This document shows, in pieces, positions 10,412 to 19,790 of a DNA stretch of 64,000 nucleotides. Position 1 is the first letter of the stretch. Each line of letters begins with the position of its first letter. This DNA comes from Minisyncoccota bacterium (GTDB taxonomy: Bacteria; Patescibacteriota; Minisyncoccia; Phycocordibacterales; XYD1-FULL-46-19), in NCBI GenBank assembly GCA_041657405.1, contig JBBABX010000001.1, positions 12,152 to 76,151 of the forward strand, written 5' to 3'. The notes under the pieces were generated by a model that worked only from the letters and a program-made list of their open reading frames with translations, was not told where the DNA came from and searched no databases. Both the position numbers and the translations under genes were made by a program.

Positions 10412-11527
10412 TCAAACCAAAGTTTTGGCATATTTTTCCAAATATTCTTCTTTGTCAGTGATAACTTGTTTAGAAAGTTCCTCTTTCAGCTTCTCGGCAA
10501 GTTTAACCAATTGAGTCCTATTATTAAAAGCCCAAAGAATCTTTTCACTCAAACATTCTTCATTAACAATCGGACAAATTAAACTATTGTTTTCATTTAA
10601 AATCTCCCCGACAATACCCACGTCCGTTGTCAAAATCGGACAAGAAGCTTGCGCCGCTTCTATAAATGTCCGACCGTAGCCTTCGTAGTTAGATGTAAGC
10701 AAAAAGAGATCAACCGTTTGATAATAAGCCAATAAATTATTGTTCCATTTTTCTAAGACAACATTTTCATTCAGATTCAAGCGCAAAATTTCTTTTTCAA
10801 TCTTTTTCTGTTCTGGCCCATCACCCACAATCACTAGCCCAATCCGCGGATTAGTTTTTATCACCGACGCTAAAGATCGCAAAGCCAGTGAAAAATTTTT
10901 TTCTCGCGTCAATCTTGAAGCCATCAAAATCACAAAATCAAATTGCGGATATTTTTGATGTAAATTTTCTGTTATGATCCTTGGATTAGAATATGGAGAC
11001 ACAAAAATCGGCAAGACTACTGGTTCAGTTTTGAGTAATAAAAACGCCAACGATTGTTTAATTCTTTCTGAAACCACACGCACGCTATTCGCCTGAGGCA
11101 AAAGTTTTCTGGCCAACCAAACTCTGATTTTATTTTTTAGCGACTCACGTTCAAAAAAAGAGCTAAAGGCATCCGTGTGAAGTTGAAAATTCAACTTGAT
11201 GTTGAATCTTTTTGCCAAAAACCAGCCCGCCAGACCAGTTTCAAATGGGTCTTGGCAAGTAACAACCCCAAACCTATCGTTCCCGCCTTTTAAAACTTTT
11301 CGTCCAACTCTAATCGCACTCCAAACGTAAAAAAATGATGACAAACTGTTTGTTGGATAAGCCCGACAATTTGAAGCAATTTGCGTTTCCTTAAATTTAT
11401 CTACCTTTTTGGCGAATACAACAATCTCCAGTTGTTCAAATAATCTAGCATAATCAAACATTCGTGCTCGGACCGCACTTTTTTCTTCAAAAATTTTTCG
11501 ATCGGTTGAAATCATTAAAACTTTCAT
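10412..11527 (-). CDS. GT4 glycosyltransferase
   Basis: SNYEGYGRTFIEAA motif. Confidence 0.9.
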   Translation of the reverse strand: MKVLMISTDRKIFEEKSAVRARMFDYARLFEQLEIVVFAKKVDKFKETQIASNCRAYPTNSLSSFFYVWSAIRVGRKVLKGGNDRFGVVTCQDPFETGLAGWFLAKRFNIKLNFQLHTDAFSSFFERESLKNKIRVWLARKLLPQANSVRVVSERIKQSLAFLLLKTEPVVLPIFVSPYSNPRIITENLHQKYPQFDFVILMASRLTREKNFSLALRSLASVIKTNPRIGLVIVGDGPEQKKIEKEILRLNLNENVVLEKWNNNLLAYYQTVDLFLLTSNYEGYGRTFIEAAQASCPILTTDVGIVGEILNENNSLICPIVNEECLSEKILWAFNNRTQLVKLAEKLKEELSKQVITDKEEYLEKYAKTLV

Positions 11528-12657
11528 TTGTTTTTAAGTTCTAGTGTTAAAATTAAATTTTCCAGCATTTTGTCTTTGGTAAAAGTTGTTTCCACATATT
11601 TTTGAGACATTTGCCTTTGCAATTTTTGTTCCAATGTCATTTTTAACAAATTTTTTATCGCCTCAACTAGGCTTTCTTTGTTATTATACTTAAACAGTTG
11701 ATCTTTGCTTTGAATTAATTCTGGATTACCACCAGTATCAGTTACCAGAGCAATTGTGCCAAGACTCATTACTTCAAGTAATTGGTGAGAAAATCCTTCA
11801 TAAGCAGTATTGAGCACAAAAAGATCAGCCGCCTTCAAATATTTGGAGAGTATCTCTTTATTTAGTTGACCAAGATATTTAACAAATTCAGATAAATTAT
11901 TTTCACGAATTACTTTTTCTAAATTGTCTTTTTCTGGACCACTACCAGCAATAAATAATTTTGCCCTCGGAAACTCCATTCTAATTTCTGGCATAATTTT
12001 TATCAACAAATCAAAACCTTTCCAAGGAACGAGGCGCCCCGCGCTAATTAAAATCTGACTTTCACCTGAACCAAGCCCTAGTTCAGCACGTACTTCTTTT
12101 TTATTTAAGATAATCTCTTGAGGTTGAAAAGCATTGTAAATCACAACAATTCTCTCCGAGTTAACGCCCCAATTGGTGACAATTTTTTTTAGGTATTCGC
12201 TCGGCACAATTATTTTTTGGGCTCGACGTGCTACAGTCAACTGAATTTTTTTTAAAATTTTTACCGCCCAAGGATAGTCACCTCTAACAGAAAAGTTATC
12301 AAGTAAATCTGTTACTCCAAAACGTTGGCAGCCTTGCTCCCAAGCATAATCACCAACAATTTTTAAAAAATATGACCGACGTCGCAAAATACAAGCAAGC
12401 ATTACCGGTAAACCGACACTAACTGGATCTTGTGCGTAAATAACCTTACTCTTTGGTATTAAATAAGAAATTCGCCAAAAATAAATTAAGTGGCGAATCA
12501 ATTTTGGTAAATGTCGCACTTCTCCAAAATTTAAAATCTTGACCGAAAAACCGCGTTTTGGTAATTCATTGTTTAAAATTTTGCTATAAGTGGCCGGTCC
12601 GCCAATATCTGGTGGATAAAGACCTGTAGCGATAAGGAGGTCATTTTTGTAAGTCAT
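11524..12657 (-). CDS. GT4 glycosyltransferase
   Basis: YPPDIGGPATY; YEGFSHQLLEVM. Confidence 0.9.
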   Translation of the reverse strand: MTYKNDLLIATGLYPPDIGGPATYSKILNNELPKRGFSVKILNFGEVRHLPKLIRHLIYFWRISYLIPKSKVIYAQDPVSVGLPVMLACILRRRSYFLKIVGDYAWEQGCQRFGVTDLLDNFSVRGDYPWAVKILKKIQLTVARRAQKIIVPSEYLKKIVTNWGVNSERIVVIYNAFQPQEIILNKKEVRAELGLGSGESQILISAGRLVPWKGFDLLIKIMPEIRMEFPRAKLFIAGSGPEKDNLEKVIRENNLSEFVKYLGQLNKEILSKYLKAADLFVLNTAYEGFSHQLLEVMSLGTIALVTDTGGNPELIQSKDQLFKYNNKESLVEAIKNLLKMTLEQKLQRQMSQKYVETTFTKDKMLENLILTLELKNK

Positions 12658-12767
12658 AAGTTATGTATGGTTTGTAGAACTTGAAACATCAAGATAAACA
12701 AAATCAGCTTACAATTTAAAGCTTACCGTATTTAGGAAAAAAGAAAAAGTCTTGTCAGCCACTAACT

Positions 12768-13886
12768 TCAAGCAGCAAGCTTCTTAAGAATCTCCTTCAT
12801 TTGGTTAGCAATTTCATCCCAATTATATTTCTCTTTTACTAATCGTTGAGCATTGTCAATTACCCGCGCCACCAATTTACGATTATTACAATCAACAATG
12901 AACTTTATTTTTTCAGCAATTGATTCTGGCTTGCGCAATTCGCAAAACCAACCAGTTACATTTTCTTTTAAGAAATCTGGAATTCCTCCAACCGGAGTGC
13001 CAATTACTGGCAAACCAACAGCCATCGCTTCTAAAAAAGAATTGCCTAATCCTTCAGACAACGACGGCCTTACAAAAATATCAGCTCCTATTAGATAATC
13101 AAAAATTTTATTCGGCGTCACTAAACCGACAAATTCTATCCTCTTCCCCAATCCCAATTCGTCAACTAAAACTTTTAGCTTTGATTCATCCGGGCCAGTG
13201 CCAACTATTTTTAATCTAAAATTATCCGGCAAAAATTGCAAGGATTTAATCAAATCATCAACCCCGTTTTTTTTTACTAATCGTGAAGTTGTAATTATTT
13301 CCACTTCTCCATCAACTTTGTTTTCTTTTTTTAATCTTCTATTTTCAATTTGACCTGTGCCATTGGGCACAACTTCAATCGGACAAGTCGCCCCCATTTT
13401 CATAGCCCAATTTTTAAGATAAGTGGAAATAGCCTGAATAAAATCAGCTTCCCTAAACATCGCCCCAAAACGTCTTCCTAAAATTCGCGCTTTTTTCTCA
13501 ACTTCAATCAAGTCATCACCTTCCTGTAAAGTGAGCAAAAAAGGTGTCTCAGTAAGCCTTCGATAAGACAAAGCCGCCAAACCACCGAAACTGGCCATAA
13601 GCCCCCAAACAACAGAGATCTTGCGTTTTTTTAGTTTCTTAGAAGCCCAAAAACCGCCAAGAAACGCCAACATTAGTTTATCCAAAGGTGAGCCAATCCC
13701 TAAACGAAAAACTTCAATTTGACCAACTTTTTCTTGTTTGGGCAAATTTCGTTGAATCCTGGCTGTTACCAGACAAAAATTATAATCTAACAAGCGGTCA
13801 GTTATTTCTTTGACCGCCAACTCGGCACCACCAATTAGCGGCAAATAAGCTGTTGAAAAAATAAGAATCGTTTTTTGGTTTTTCAT
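12768..13886 (-). CDS. GT4 glycosyltransferase
   Basis: GGAELA; SEGLGNSFLEAMAVGLPV; start placed at MKNQK (uncertain). Confidence 0.88.
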   Translation of the reverse strand: MKNQKTILIFSTAYLPLIGGAELAVKEITDRLLDYNFCLVTARIQRNLPKQEKVGQIEVFRLGIGSPLDKLMLAFLGGFWASKKLKKRKISVVWGLMASFGGLAALSYRRLTETPFLLTLQEGDDLIEVEKKARILGRRFGAMFREADFIQAISTYLKNWAMKMGATCPIEVVPNGTGQIENRRLKKENKVDGEVEIITTSRLVKKNGVDDLIKSLQFLPDNFRLKIVGTGPDESKLKVLVDELGLGKRIEFVGLVTPNKIFDYLIGADIFVRPSLSEGLGNSFLEAMAVGLPVIGTPVGGIPDFLKENVTGWFCELRKPESIAEKIKFIVDCNNRKLVARVIDNAQRLVKEKYNWDEIANQMKEILKKLAA

Positions 13887-13906
13887 TAATTCAATAAGAT
13901 GCAAGT

Positions 13907-15658
13907 TTAATCCAAATCAACTTTGAGCATTTTTTCTAAGACTTCTCTTGGAACTTCTTTATCTTCTTTTTGTCTTATAATTAGGGTTATCGGTTTTTCT
14001 TCTTCTTGAACATTCTTTAATAAATTTTCTTTTGCTTTTGGTTCTTCTTGGGATTTTTCTTCATCTTTAGCTTCTACCGTATTTTTTTTAAATTCTGTTT
14101 TTTCTTTTTTCTTGTCAGCAAAAATTTCTTTCAATACTGATTTCAAATCTTCTTTAGATTGATTAGACTTGGGTTTACTTTTTAAAATATTTAGAGAAAA
14201 TTTTTTAGGAACTTTGTTGTAATTATTATTAACCTTAAACTCAACTTTTTTTTCTTCAAACGTTGGTTTAATCTCATTACTTGGCTTAGGTGTTTGACTG
14301 TTGTGATTTTCTTTCTTTTTAGGTTCCTCTTTCTTCCAATTGTCTTTCCTTTTGACCGTTTCAACTATTATTTCTTCGCCGTACCAATTAACAATTTCTT
14401 TTTGAACTTGTTCACGCGATTTAGCATAAGTCTGTCTAGTATAATTAATAATGGCATCGTGATTAGATTCACCCAAAGCCACGATTGGCGGAATGGTTAC
14501 TGCCGAAAAGGGTGGCGAACCAACGCCATCAATCATTAGTGTTAGATAAATTTGGGCAAAACCCAAATTGACCAAATCTTCTTTAGTAAAAGTCGGCGAA
14601 AAGATTTTTTCTAACAATTCAGCATCAAATGGTCCAACCCGAAATGAAATAATTGAGCCAACGTTGCCAAAAACTGCGTTTCGCACCGTTTCTGGCATTT
14701 GTTCAATATATTGATGTGCAATCGTCAAACTCAATTTATATTTGCGTGCTTCTGCTAAAATATCGGCAAAAGAATCATTAACAAATGATTGAAATTCATC
14801 AACAAACAAATAAAATTGTGGCAAATGAATCAAGCTCGCCGGAGACACTTCCGCACGCGACATGGCCGCTAAATAAATTTTGGTAATAAACATTCCACCC
14901 AAAAGATTAGCATTTTGTTCGCCCAAGCGACCCTTAGATAAGTTTACAATTAAAATCTTCTTTTCATCCATCACTTTTCGTAAATCAAAATTGGATTTAG
15001 GTTGACCGATAATATTCCGAATCAACGGATTAGATGTAAATTGACCAATTTTGTTTTTAATAGCATCACCAGCTTCTTGCATATAACGTTCATTATATTT
15101 GGCAAATTCATCCACCCAAAATGATTTTACCGAGGGATCGGAAATATTATCCACCACCTTTTTACGAAAACCTTTATCCGACAACATTCGATTTACTCCT
15201 AACAAAGTAGAATTCGGGTATTCTAAAAGCGCCAATAGAGTATTGTTTAAAATATATTCCATCCGCGCTGACCAAACATCCGGCCAAATTTTTTTGAACG
15301 TAGACATCAGTCCGTTGGCAACCAAGTGACGTTGGTCTTTGCCTACATCTTCCATGATATTGAAAGCAATCGGATAATCTAAATCAAATGGCGCAAAATA
15401 GATTACGTCTTTGACTCTTTCGGTTGGCACAAAATCCAGTAAGGTTTCTGCCGACTTGCCGTGTGGGTCAATAAACGCCATCCCTTCTCCATTTTTGATA
15501 TCCTGCACTGCCATATTCTCCAACAAGGTTGATTTACCCAAACCAGTTTTCCCAATAACATAAAAATGCCTCGCACGATCTTCCGACTTAATGCCAAAGG
15601 TTGTCCGTTTGCCCCGGAAGTCTGTTTGCGCGAAGTAGTTGACAGTTTGGTTGTTCAT
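13907..15658 (-). CDS. VirD4/TraD/HerA-like P-loop ATPase (type IV secretion DNA-binding domain family common in CPR) with charged C-terminal tail
   Basis: HFYVIGKTGLGKST Walker A, FIDPHG, LFVDEFQ Walker B, AEARKY...AHQY. Confidence 0.85.
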   Translation of the reverse strand: MNNQTVNYFAQTDFRGKRTTFGIKSEDRARHFYVIGKTGLGKSTLLENMAVQDIKNGEGMAFIDPHGKSAETLLDFVPTERVKDVIYFAPFDLDYPIAFNIMEDVGKDQRHLVANGLMSTFKKIWPDVWSARMEYILNNTLLALLEYPNSTLLGVNRMLSDKGFRKKVVDNISDPSVKSFWVDEFAKYNERYMQEAGDAIKNKIGQFTSNPLIRNIIGQPKSNFDLRKVMDEKKILIVNLSKGRLGEQNANLLGGMFITKIYLAAMSRAEVSPASLIHLPQFYLFVDEFQSFVNDSFADILAEARKYKLSLTIAHQYIEQMPETVRNAVFGNVGSIISFRVGPFDAELLEKIFSPTFTKEDLVNLGFAQIYLTLMIDGVGSPPFSAVTIPPIVALGESNHDAIINYTRQTYAKSREQVQKEIVNWYGEEIIVETVKRKDNWKKEEPKKKENHNSQTPKPSNEIKPTFEEKKVEFKVNNNYNKVPKKFSLNILKSKPKSNQSKEDLKSVLKEIFADKKKEKTEFKKNTVEAKDEEKSQEEPKAKENLLKNVQEEEKPITLIIRQKEDKEVPREVLEKMLKVDLD

Positions 15659-15883
15659 GAAGTGCGATAAATGCGATACTAATATACGAATGTATGCGAA
15701 TAAAACGAATAGAAAAACTGGAGGGTAAAGAATACTATCTTAATTATAAAACTTAATCGGTAATAATTCCAGTTCAACCGAAAAAATAGTATACCGTATG
15801 TTGTATATAGTATGTAGTTGATCCGCTATCTTTTTATCAAAAATCACATGACTAATCACGTAAGGGGTCACGTAAATTTTGAT

Positions 15884-15925
15884 AAAAAAAATGACCCCCA
15901 ATCCGCCGAAGCAGACTGAGGGTCA
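15884..15925 (-). terminator. Intrinsic terminator/hairpin after DGR-target-like gene 1
   Basis: Minus strand TGACCCTCAGTCTGC-TTCG-GCGGATTGGGGGTCA followed by T8. Confidence 0.8.
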
Positions 15926-15946
15926 AAGGGTCCAAGGGACAAAGGA

Positions 15947-16636
15947 TCAGGCTTGCGCCAGAGCCGAAGGTTCCGAGAACCCCAGATCTGACTTGCGAGA
16001 GAACACCTGGTCGCCAACACGCCACCCGAGCGGGCTCAGGGCGGAGTTCGCCCAGACGCACCAGCCGCCGCCGCCCCAGTCCACGTCGACCGCGCGAAGC
16101 ACACCAGCCTGGTCCCGAATGTAGAAGATGTTGGCGTAGCCGTTGTTCAAGAGAACACCGTTTTCACCATTCTTCTTCTTCTCCATCAAGAAGAACATTT
16201 CCGTCAAAGTGGTTTCGGATTTCTCCTCGCCACCCAGTTCGGTAATGATGGGACCATCAACTGAAGACTTCCGTAATTTGTGGTAGCGGAGCGTCTGTTC
16301 GCTCGTCGGGTCTTCGGTCTTGCCGTCGCCCGACAGAAACCAGCTGGTAAAGCTGTCCCAGACTGCCGAGATCTTCACCGAAGCGTTGCGCTTGGTGTTG
16401 ACCACAAACTTGTCTTTGGCGACGAACTTGCCGGTGGTTGCGGGAATCACAACCGCTCCAACTGGCTCAAAAATTGAGGGGTTGGGTTTAGCGACCCCAT
16501 TCCAGCAGGGTTCCTTGCGGAGGAACTTCTTCAATTCCCCCAACCACTCCTCCCAGTCCTTTCCAGAGAGTTTCTCAAACAGATCATTCAGCAGTCCCTG
16601 AACCTCGGAGAGTGCTACGCCGAGCATGTCTACCAT
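15947..16636 (-). CDS. Putative DGR target (variable) protein, paralog 1
   Basis: GC-rich ORF paralogous to 18965-19687; C-terminal A-depleted segment AVDVDWGGGGWCVWANSALSPLGWRVGDQVFSR. Confidence 0.75.
   Translation of the reverse strand: MVDMLGVALSEVQGLLNDLFEKLSGKDWEEWLGELKKFLRKEPCWNGVAKPNPSIFEPVGAVVIPATTGKFVAKDKFVVNTKRNASVKISAVWDSFTSWFLSGDGKTEDPTSEQTLRYHKLRKSSVDGPIITELGGEEKSETTLTEMFFLMEKKKNGENGVLLNNGYANIFYIRDQAGVLRAVDVDWGGGGWCVWANSALSPLGWRVGDQVFSRKSDLGFSEPSALAQA
15995..16093 (-). repeat. Putative DGR variable region VR1
   Basis: 99 nt aligning without gaps to 19013-19111; differences mostly at codon positions 1-2; 7 A in 99 nt on the coding strand. Confidence 0.7.
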
Positions 16637-16704
16637 GGTCAGCCTCCTTTCTTCTCTTTTTTGTCAATTTGGTACGGAAACAATTCCTGCACCTTCTACC
16701 TATT

Positions 16705-16733
16705 ATTATACACTCAAACTCATCTTTAGTCAA
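16705..16733 (-). promoter_or_regulatory. Sigma70 promoter of cassette 1
   Basis: TTGACT-17 bp-TATAAT; promoter and leader duplicated upstream of paralog 2. Confidence 0.8.
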
Positions 16734-16831
16734 TGGTTTAAATTAAAGATAACCAAAAATAAGTATTTTGACTCCCCCACCTTAAAAATAGTCCGGAGAC
16801 GATTTTTAAGGTGATCAAAACATCTTAAAAT

Positions 16832-16877
16832 CCCCCAATCTCCCAAAAATTCGCCTGAATTTTTGGGAGATTGGGGG
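16832..16877. repeat. Long inverted repeat, likely terminator of the upstream glycoside hydrolase gene
   Basis: ccccaatctcccaaaaattc / gaatttttgggagattgggg arms. Confidence 0.65.
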
Positions 16878-16941
16878 ATTTGAGAATTGTTTTTTCATCT
16901 TTTTTCAAGAAAAAAGTCTAAAATTTGATAATTATTTTTAA

Positions 16942-18174
16942 TTATCTGTACGCCCCTATTGTATAAACATTGGCTGGATCCCACATCATCCAAGAAGTCA
17001 GTCCGGCATCATAGACAGCACGCTTTTGCGCTTTAATCATATCAGCAGTGTAATCGGCACCTAGATCAAAATCCTGCAACCACGGCCGGAGTTTGAGAGA
17101 CGAATAACCTTGTGCTACTACTCGTGCAACAGCCGCAGACATTGAGTGTTTTACTATCTCATACGGCACAGAAGCGGGATTTTTGTAATTCAAAAAACCA
17201 GTCGGATAATGCGACGGATAAACCATTGGCGCAACATAATCAAAATACGGAATTGTATTTTCTAAAACTTGACCGATTCCCAAATCATCAGTATTTGTCG
17301 TTACCATACCAAAAACATCAGCCGAAATTGGCACATCAAGACCTTTCAACTTAGCGTCTAAATAAACAAAAAACTTTCGCAGGGCTTCAGCCTGAGTCTC
17401 ACCATCAAGACGCGAGTAAGGATAAGAAATATTGGTCGTATCCCCATCAGACGGAAAACGAATGTAATCAAAATTTAGTTCATCGAAACCAAGACGGTAG
17501 GCTTCTTTGCCAACCGCAACGGTATAATCCCAAACTTCTGGCGCGCTGACATCAAGCCAAGCTATCCCCTTGCGATCGGTCCAAAGCATACCATTATCCA
17601 AACGCTTGAGTGCCAAATCGGGCCTGGTTCGTGATAATAAATTGTCTTGGAAAACCGAGATCCGAGCAATAGTATAAAAATTTTTCTGGTGAAGATAATC
17701 CACAAACTCTGCCAAGTCTTTTACTCGTCCACTCAATTTACCAGTTGCCTCAGTCTCTATATCCATCGAAACAGTGCCAGAATAATCTTTGACGTCAATC
17801 ACCATAGAATTGATTTCTGTTCCCGCCAAATTATTAATGAGACGTTCTCGAATATTTTTGGTCCCGGCTACCCAACTAGACATATAAATTGCCTTGACCA
17901 CAGCTGGCGTCTCTTTATGAGTGACAATTAGCTTAGGTTCTGACTTTTGACTGGAAGTAGCTTGTGCCAGCAAATCATTATTTATCAAACCCGCTATTTC
18001 ACGATTATAAGTCGGTATTTCAAAAGATCCCCAAAACCAAAAAAATAACAGGGTAAAAACGACGACAAAAACCGCCCCTACCAACCATAGAATTTTTTTA
18101 TTAATTTTAATTCTCAAGTTCCGACGCATCAAAATTTGTTTCTTCCGTCTCTGGGACCACTTCTTCCATTTCAA
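16942..18174 (-). CDS. Membrane-anchored putative glycoside hydrolase (DUF4015-like TIM barrel)
   Basis: VIDVKD, GFDELNFDYIRFP, PMVYPSHY, LRPWLQDF motifs; N-terminal TM; exact start uncertain. Confidence 0.8.
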   Translation of the reverse strand: MKWKKWSQRRKKQILMRRNLRIKINKKILWLVGAVFVVVFTLLFFWFWGSFEIPTYNREIAGLINNDLLAQATSSQKSEPKLIVTHKETPAVVKAIYMSSWVAGTKNIRERLINNLAGTEINSMVIDVKDYSGTVSMDIETEATGKLSGRVKDLAEFVDYLHQKNFYTIARISVFQDNLLSRTRPDLALKRLDNGMLWTDRKGIAWLDVSAPEVWDYTVAVGKEAYRLGFDELNFDYIRFPSDGDTTNISYPYSRLDGETQAEALRKFFVYLDAKLKGLDVPISADVFGMVTTNTDDLGIGQVLENTIPYFDYVAPMVYPSHYPTGFLNYKNPASVPYEIVKHSMSAAVARVVAQGYSSLKLRPWLQDFDLGADYTADMIKAQKRAVYDAGLTSWMMWDPANVYTIGAYR

Positions 18175-18547
18175 TCTTTTTGCGACGCGGTCGTCGTTTT
18201 TTAACTTCGGTCATTTCAGAAATAAAACTAGGTGATTGATCCCTTTCTTCCATCTCGCCTACCGGCTCAGAAGTTATGACTACCGTTTCTTCTTGCACAA
18301 CAATCGGTTCAGAATCTGATTTTTCTTCTAATTCCAAATCCGAATTCGGCTTTAGTTCGGTTATTGCTTCTTGATTATAAGAGAAGCCACTAGTTGACTC
18401 CCGCACAAAACCAAAAATAACTATTAATAAACCAAATAAAAATATTAGAGCTGTCCGCAGGGATTCCGGGAGGCCGGTAAAAGGAATAATCATAACAAGC
18501 AAACCCAGAATCGCGCTGGCCCTGTTACGCCAAATTATGTGTCTCAT
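18107..18547 (-). CDS. Small two-TM membrane protein with acidic tail
   Basis: Two hydrophobic helices then an E-rich region; start trimmed to MRHIIW. Confidence 0.65.
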   Translation of the reverse strand: MRHIIWRNRASAILGLLVMIIPFTGLPESLRTALIFLFGLLIVIFGFVRESTSGFSYNQEAITELKPNSDLELEEKSDSEPIVVQEETVVITSEPVGEMEERDQSPSFISEMTEVKKRRPRRKKIEMEEVVPETEETNFDASELEN

Positions 18548-18920
18548 ATGAAGAAAGGATATCATATTTAAAAGTAAGTTAAAAGGCATCTACCTGTCGG
18601 CAGACAGGAAAGTTATTTATCTGCCTTGGGCAGAGAAGCTAAAGATAGAGATAAGGTAGTTTTCAGCTATCAGGTTTCAGCTTTCAGGAGAGATCATGAT
18701 GATAAAAGCACAAATAATTAATAGAACAGACCAGGGCCGGAGACCACGCATCTTTCAGAAGTGGCGGGATTAAAGTGTAAAGATAAAAGTGTAAAATGCA
18801 AAGATAAAACAGCTGTCAGATTTCAGTTGGGGTAATTAAAAAGTCGGTAATTACAAAATCCCCTGGCGCCCCGAAGGGTCCAAGGGATTGAGAGTCGAAG
18901 TGACTGAGGGTCAAAGGGTC

Positions 18921-18950
18921 CCCGCCTCCGCCAAGACTATGGCGGGCAAG
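18921..18950. repeat. 30-bp REP-like palindromic insertion
   Basis: cccgcctccgccaagactatggcgggcaag present behind paralog 2 and absent at the equivalent site (15932/15933) behind paralog 1. Confidence 0.7.
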
Positions 18951-18964
18951 CAAGGGACAAAGGA

Positions 18965-19687
18965 TCAGACTTGCACCGGAGCCGAAGATTCCGAGGGCTC
19001 CAGGTCTAAATTGCGGGAGAACACCTGGAAGCCGCCACGCCACCGAACCGGGCTCCCGACTGAGTCCGCACCGACGTCCCAGCCGCCGCCGCGCCAGTGC
19101 ACGAGGACCGCGCGAAGCACACCATTCTTGTCCCGAATGTAGAATATGTTGGAGAAGCCGTTGTCCAAGAGAACACCGTCTTCACCATTCTTCTGCTTCT
19201 CCATGAGGGAGAACATCTCCGCCAAGGTGGTTTCGGCTTTCGCTTCGCCACCAAGTTCGGTGATGATCGGACCATCAACCGAAGACTTCCGCAATTTGTG
19301 GTAGCGGAGCATCTGTTCGCTCTCCGGGTCTTCGGTTTTGCCGTCGCCAGAGAGGAACCAGTTGGTGAAGTTGTCGCCGAGGCTGGAACAAATACCTCCG
19401 TCTCTCTTCAACTTAAAGTAGTCCTTGTCGACGAACGGAACCGTGGTCGCGGGAATCACAACGGTGCCGACCGGTTTGAGCAAAAGCTCGGGTTTGGCCG
19501 GTTTAACAGGGACAACGGATGCTTGAGGAAGGAGGCAACCTGCCAGTTTCTCTCTGAGACCTTTTTGGTTGCTAGTCCATCCCTCGGCCGTTACCTGATC
19601 AATCTCCCCCGGGCGAGGAGCTTGGCGCAAAAGTGCTGCTTGAAATTCAATATACCACCCCGGGATTTCAGTTAAGGCTGTACTCAT
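18965..19687 (-). CDS. Putative DGR target (variable) protein, paralog 2
   Basis: Shares core and C-terminus with 15947-16636; C-terminal AVLVHWRGGGWDVGADSVGSPVRWRGGFQVFSR; different N-terminus. Confidence 0.75.
   Translation of the reverse strand: MSTALTEIPGWYIEFQAALLRQAPRPGEIDQVTAEGWTSNQKGLREKLAGCLLPQASVVPVKPAKPELLLKPVGTVVIPATTVPFVDKDYFKLKRDGGICSSLGDNFTNWFLSGDGKTEDPESEQMLRYHKLRKSSVDGPIITELGGEAKAETTLAEMFSLMEKQKNGEDGVLLDNGFSNIFYIRDKNGVLRAVLVHWRGGGWDVGADSVGSPVRWRGGFQVFSRNLDLEPSESSAPVQV
19013..19111 (-). repeat. Putative DGR variable region VR2
   Basis: 99 nt, 6 A on coding strand; aligns to VR1. Confidence 0.7.
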
Positions 19688-19761
19688 GATGAGCTGTTCC
19701 TTTCTCCTATTGTTTCTTTGTTAATTTGGTACGGAAACAATTCCCATACCTTCTACCTATT

Positions 19762-19790
19762 ATTATACGCCCAAACTCATCTTTTGTCAA
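19762..19790 (-). promoter_or_regulatory. Consensus sigma70 promoter of cassette 2
   Basis: TTGACA-17 bp-TATAAT. Confidence 0.85.

Noticed and set aside
15762-15780. Minus-strand GTTGAACTGGAATT resembling the predicted DGR template start
   Set aside because: Match is only about 10 nt and does not extend; no template repeat or reverse transcriptase found in the window
15852-19675. Antisense and alternate-frame ORFs over the two GC-rich paralogs (e.g. 19097-19675, 18816-19043, 15852-16061)
   Set aside because: Shadow ORFs from high GC and codon bias; their mutual similarity only reflects the DNA duplication
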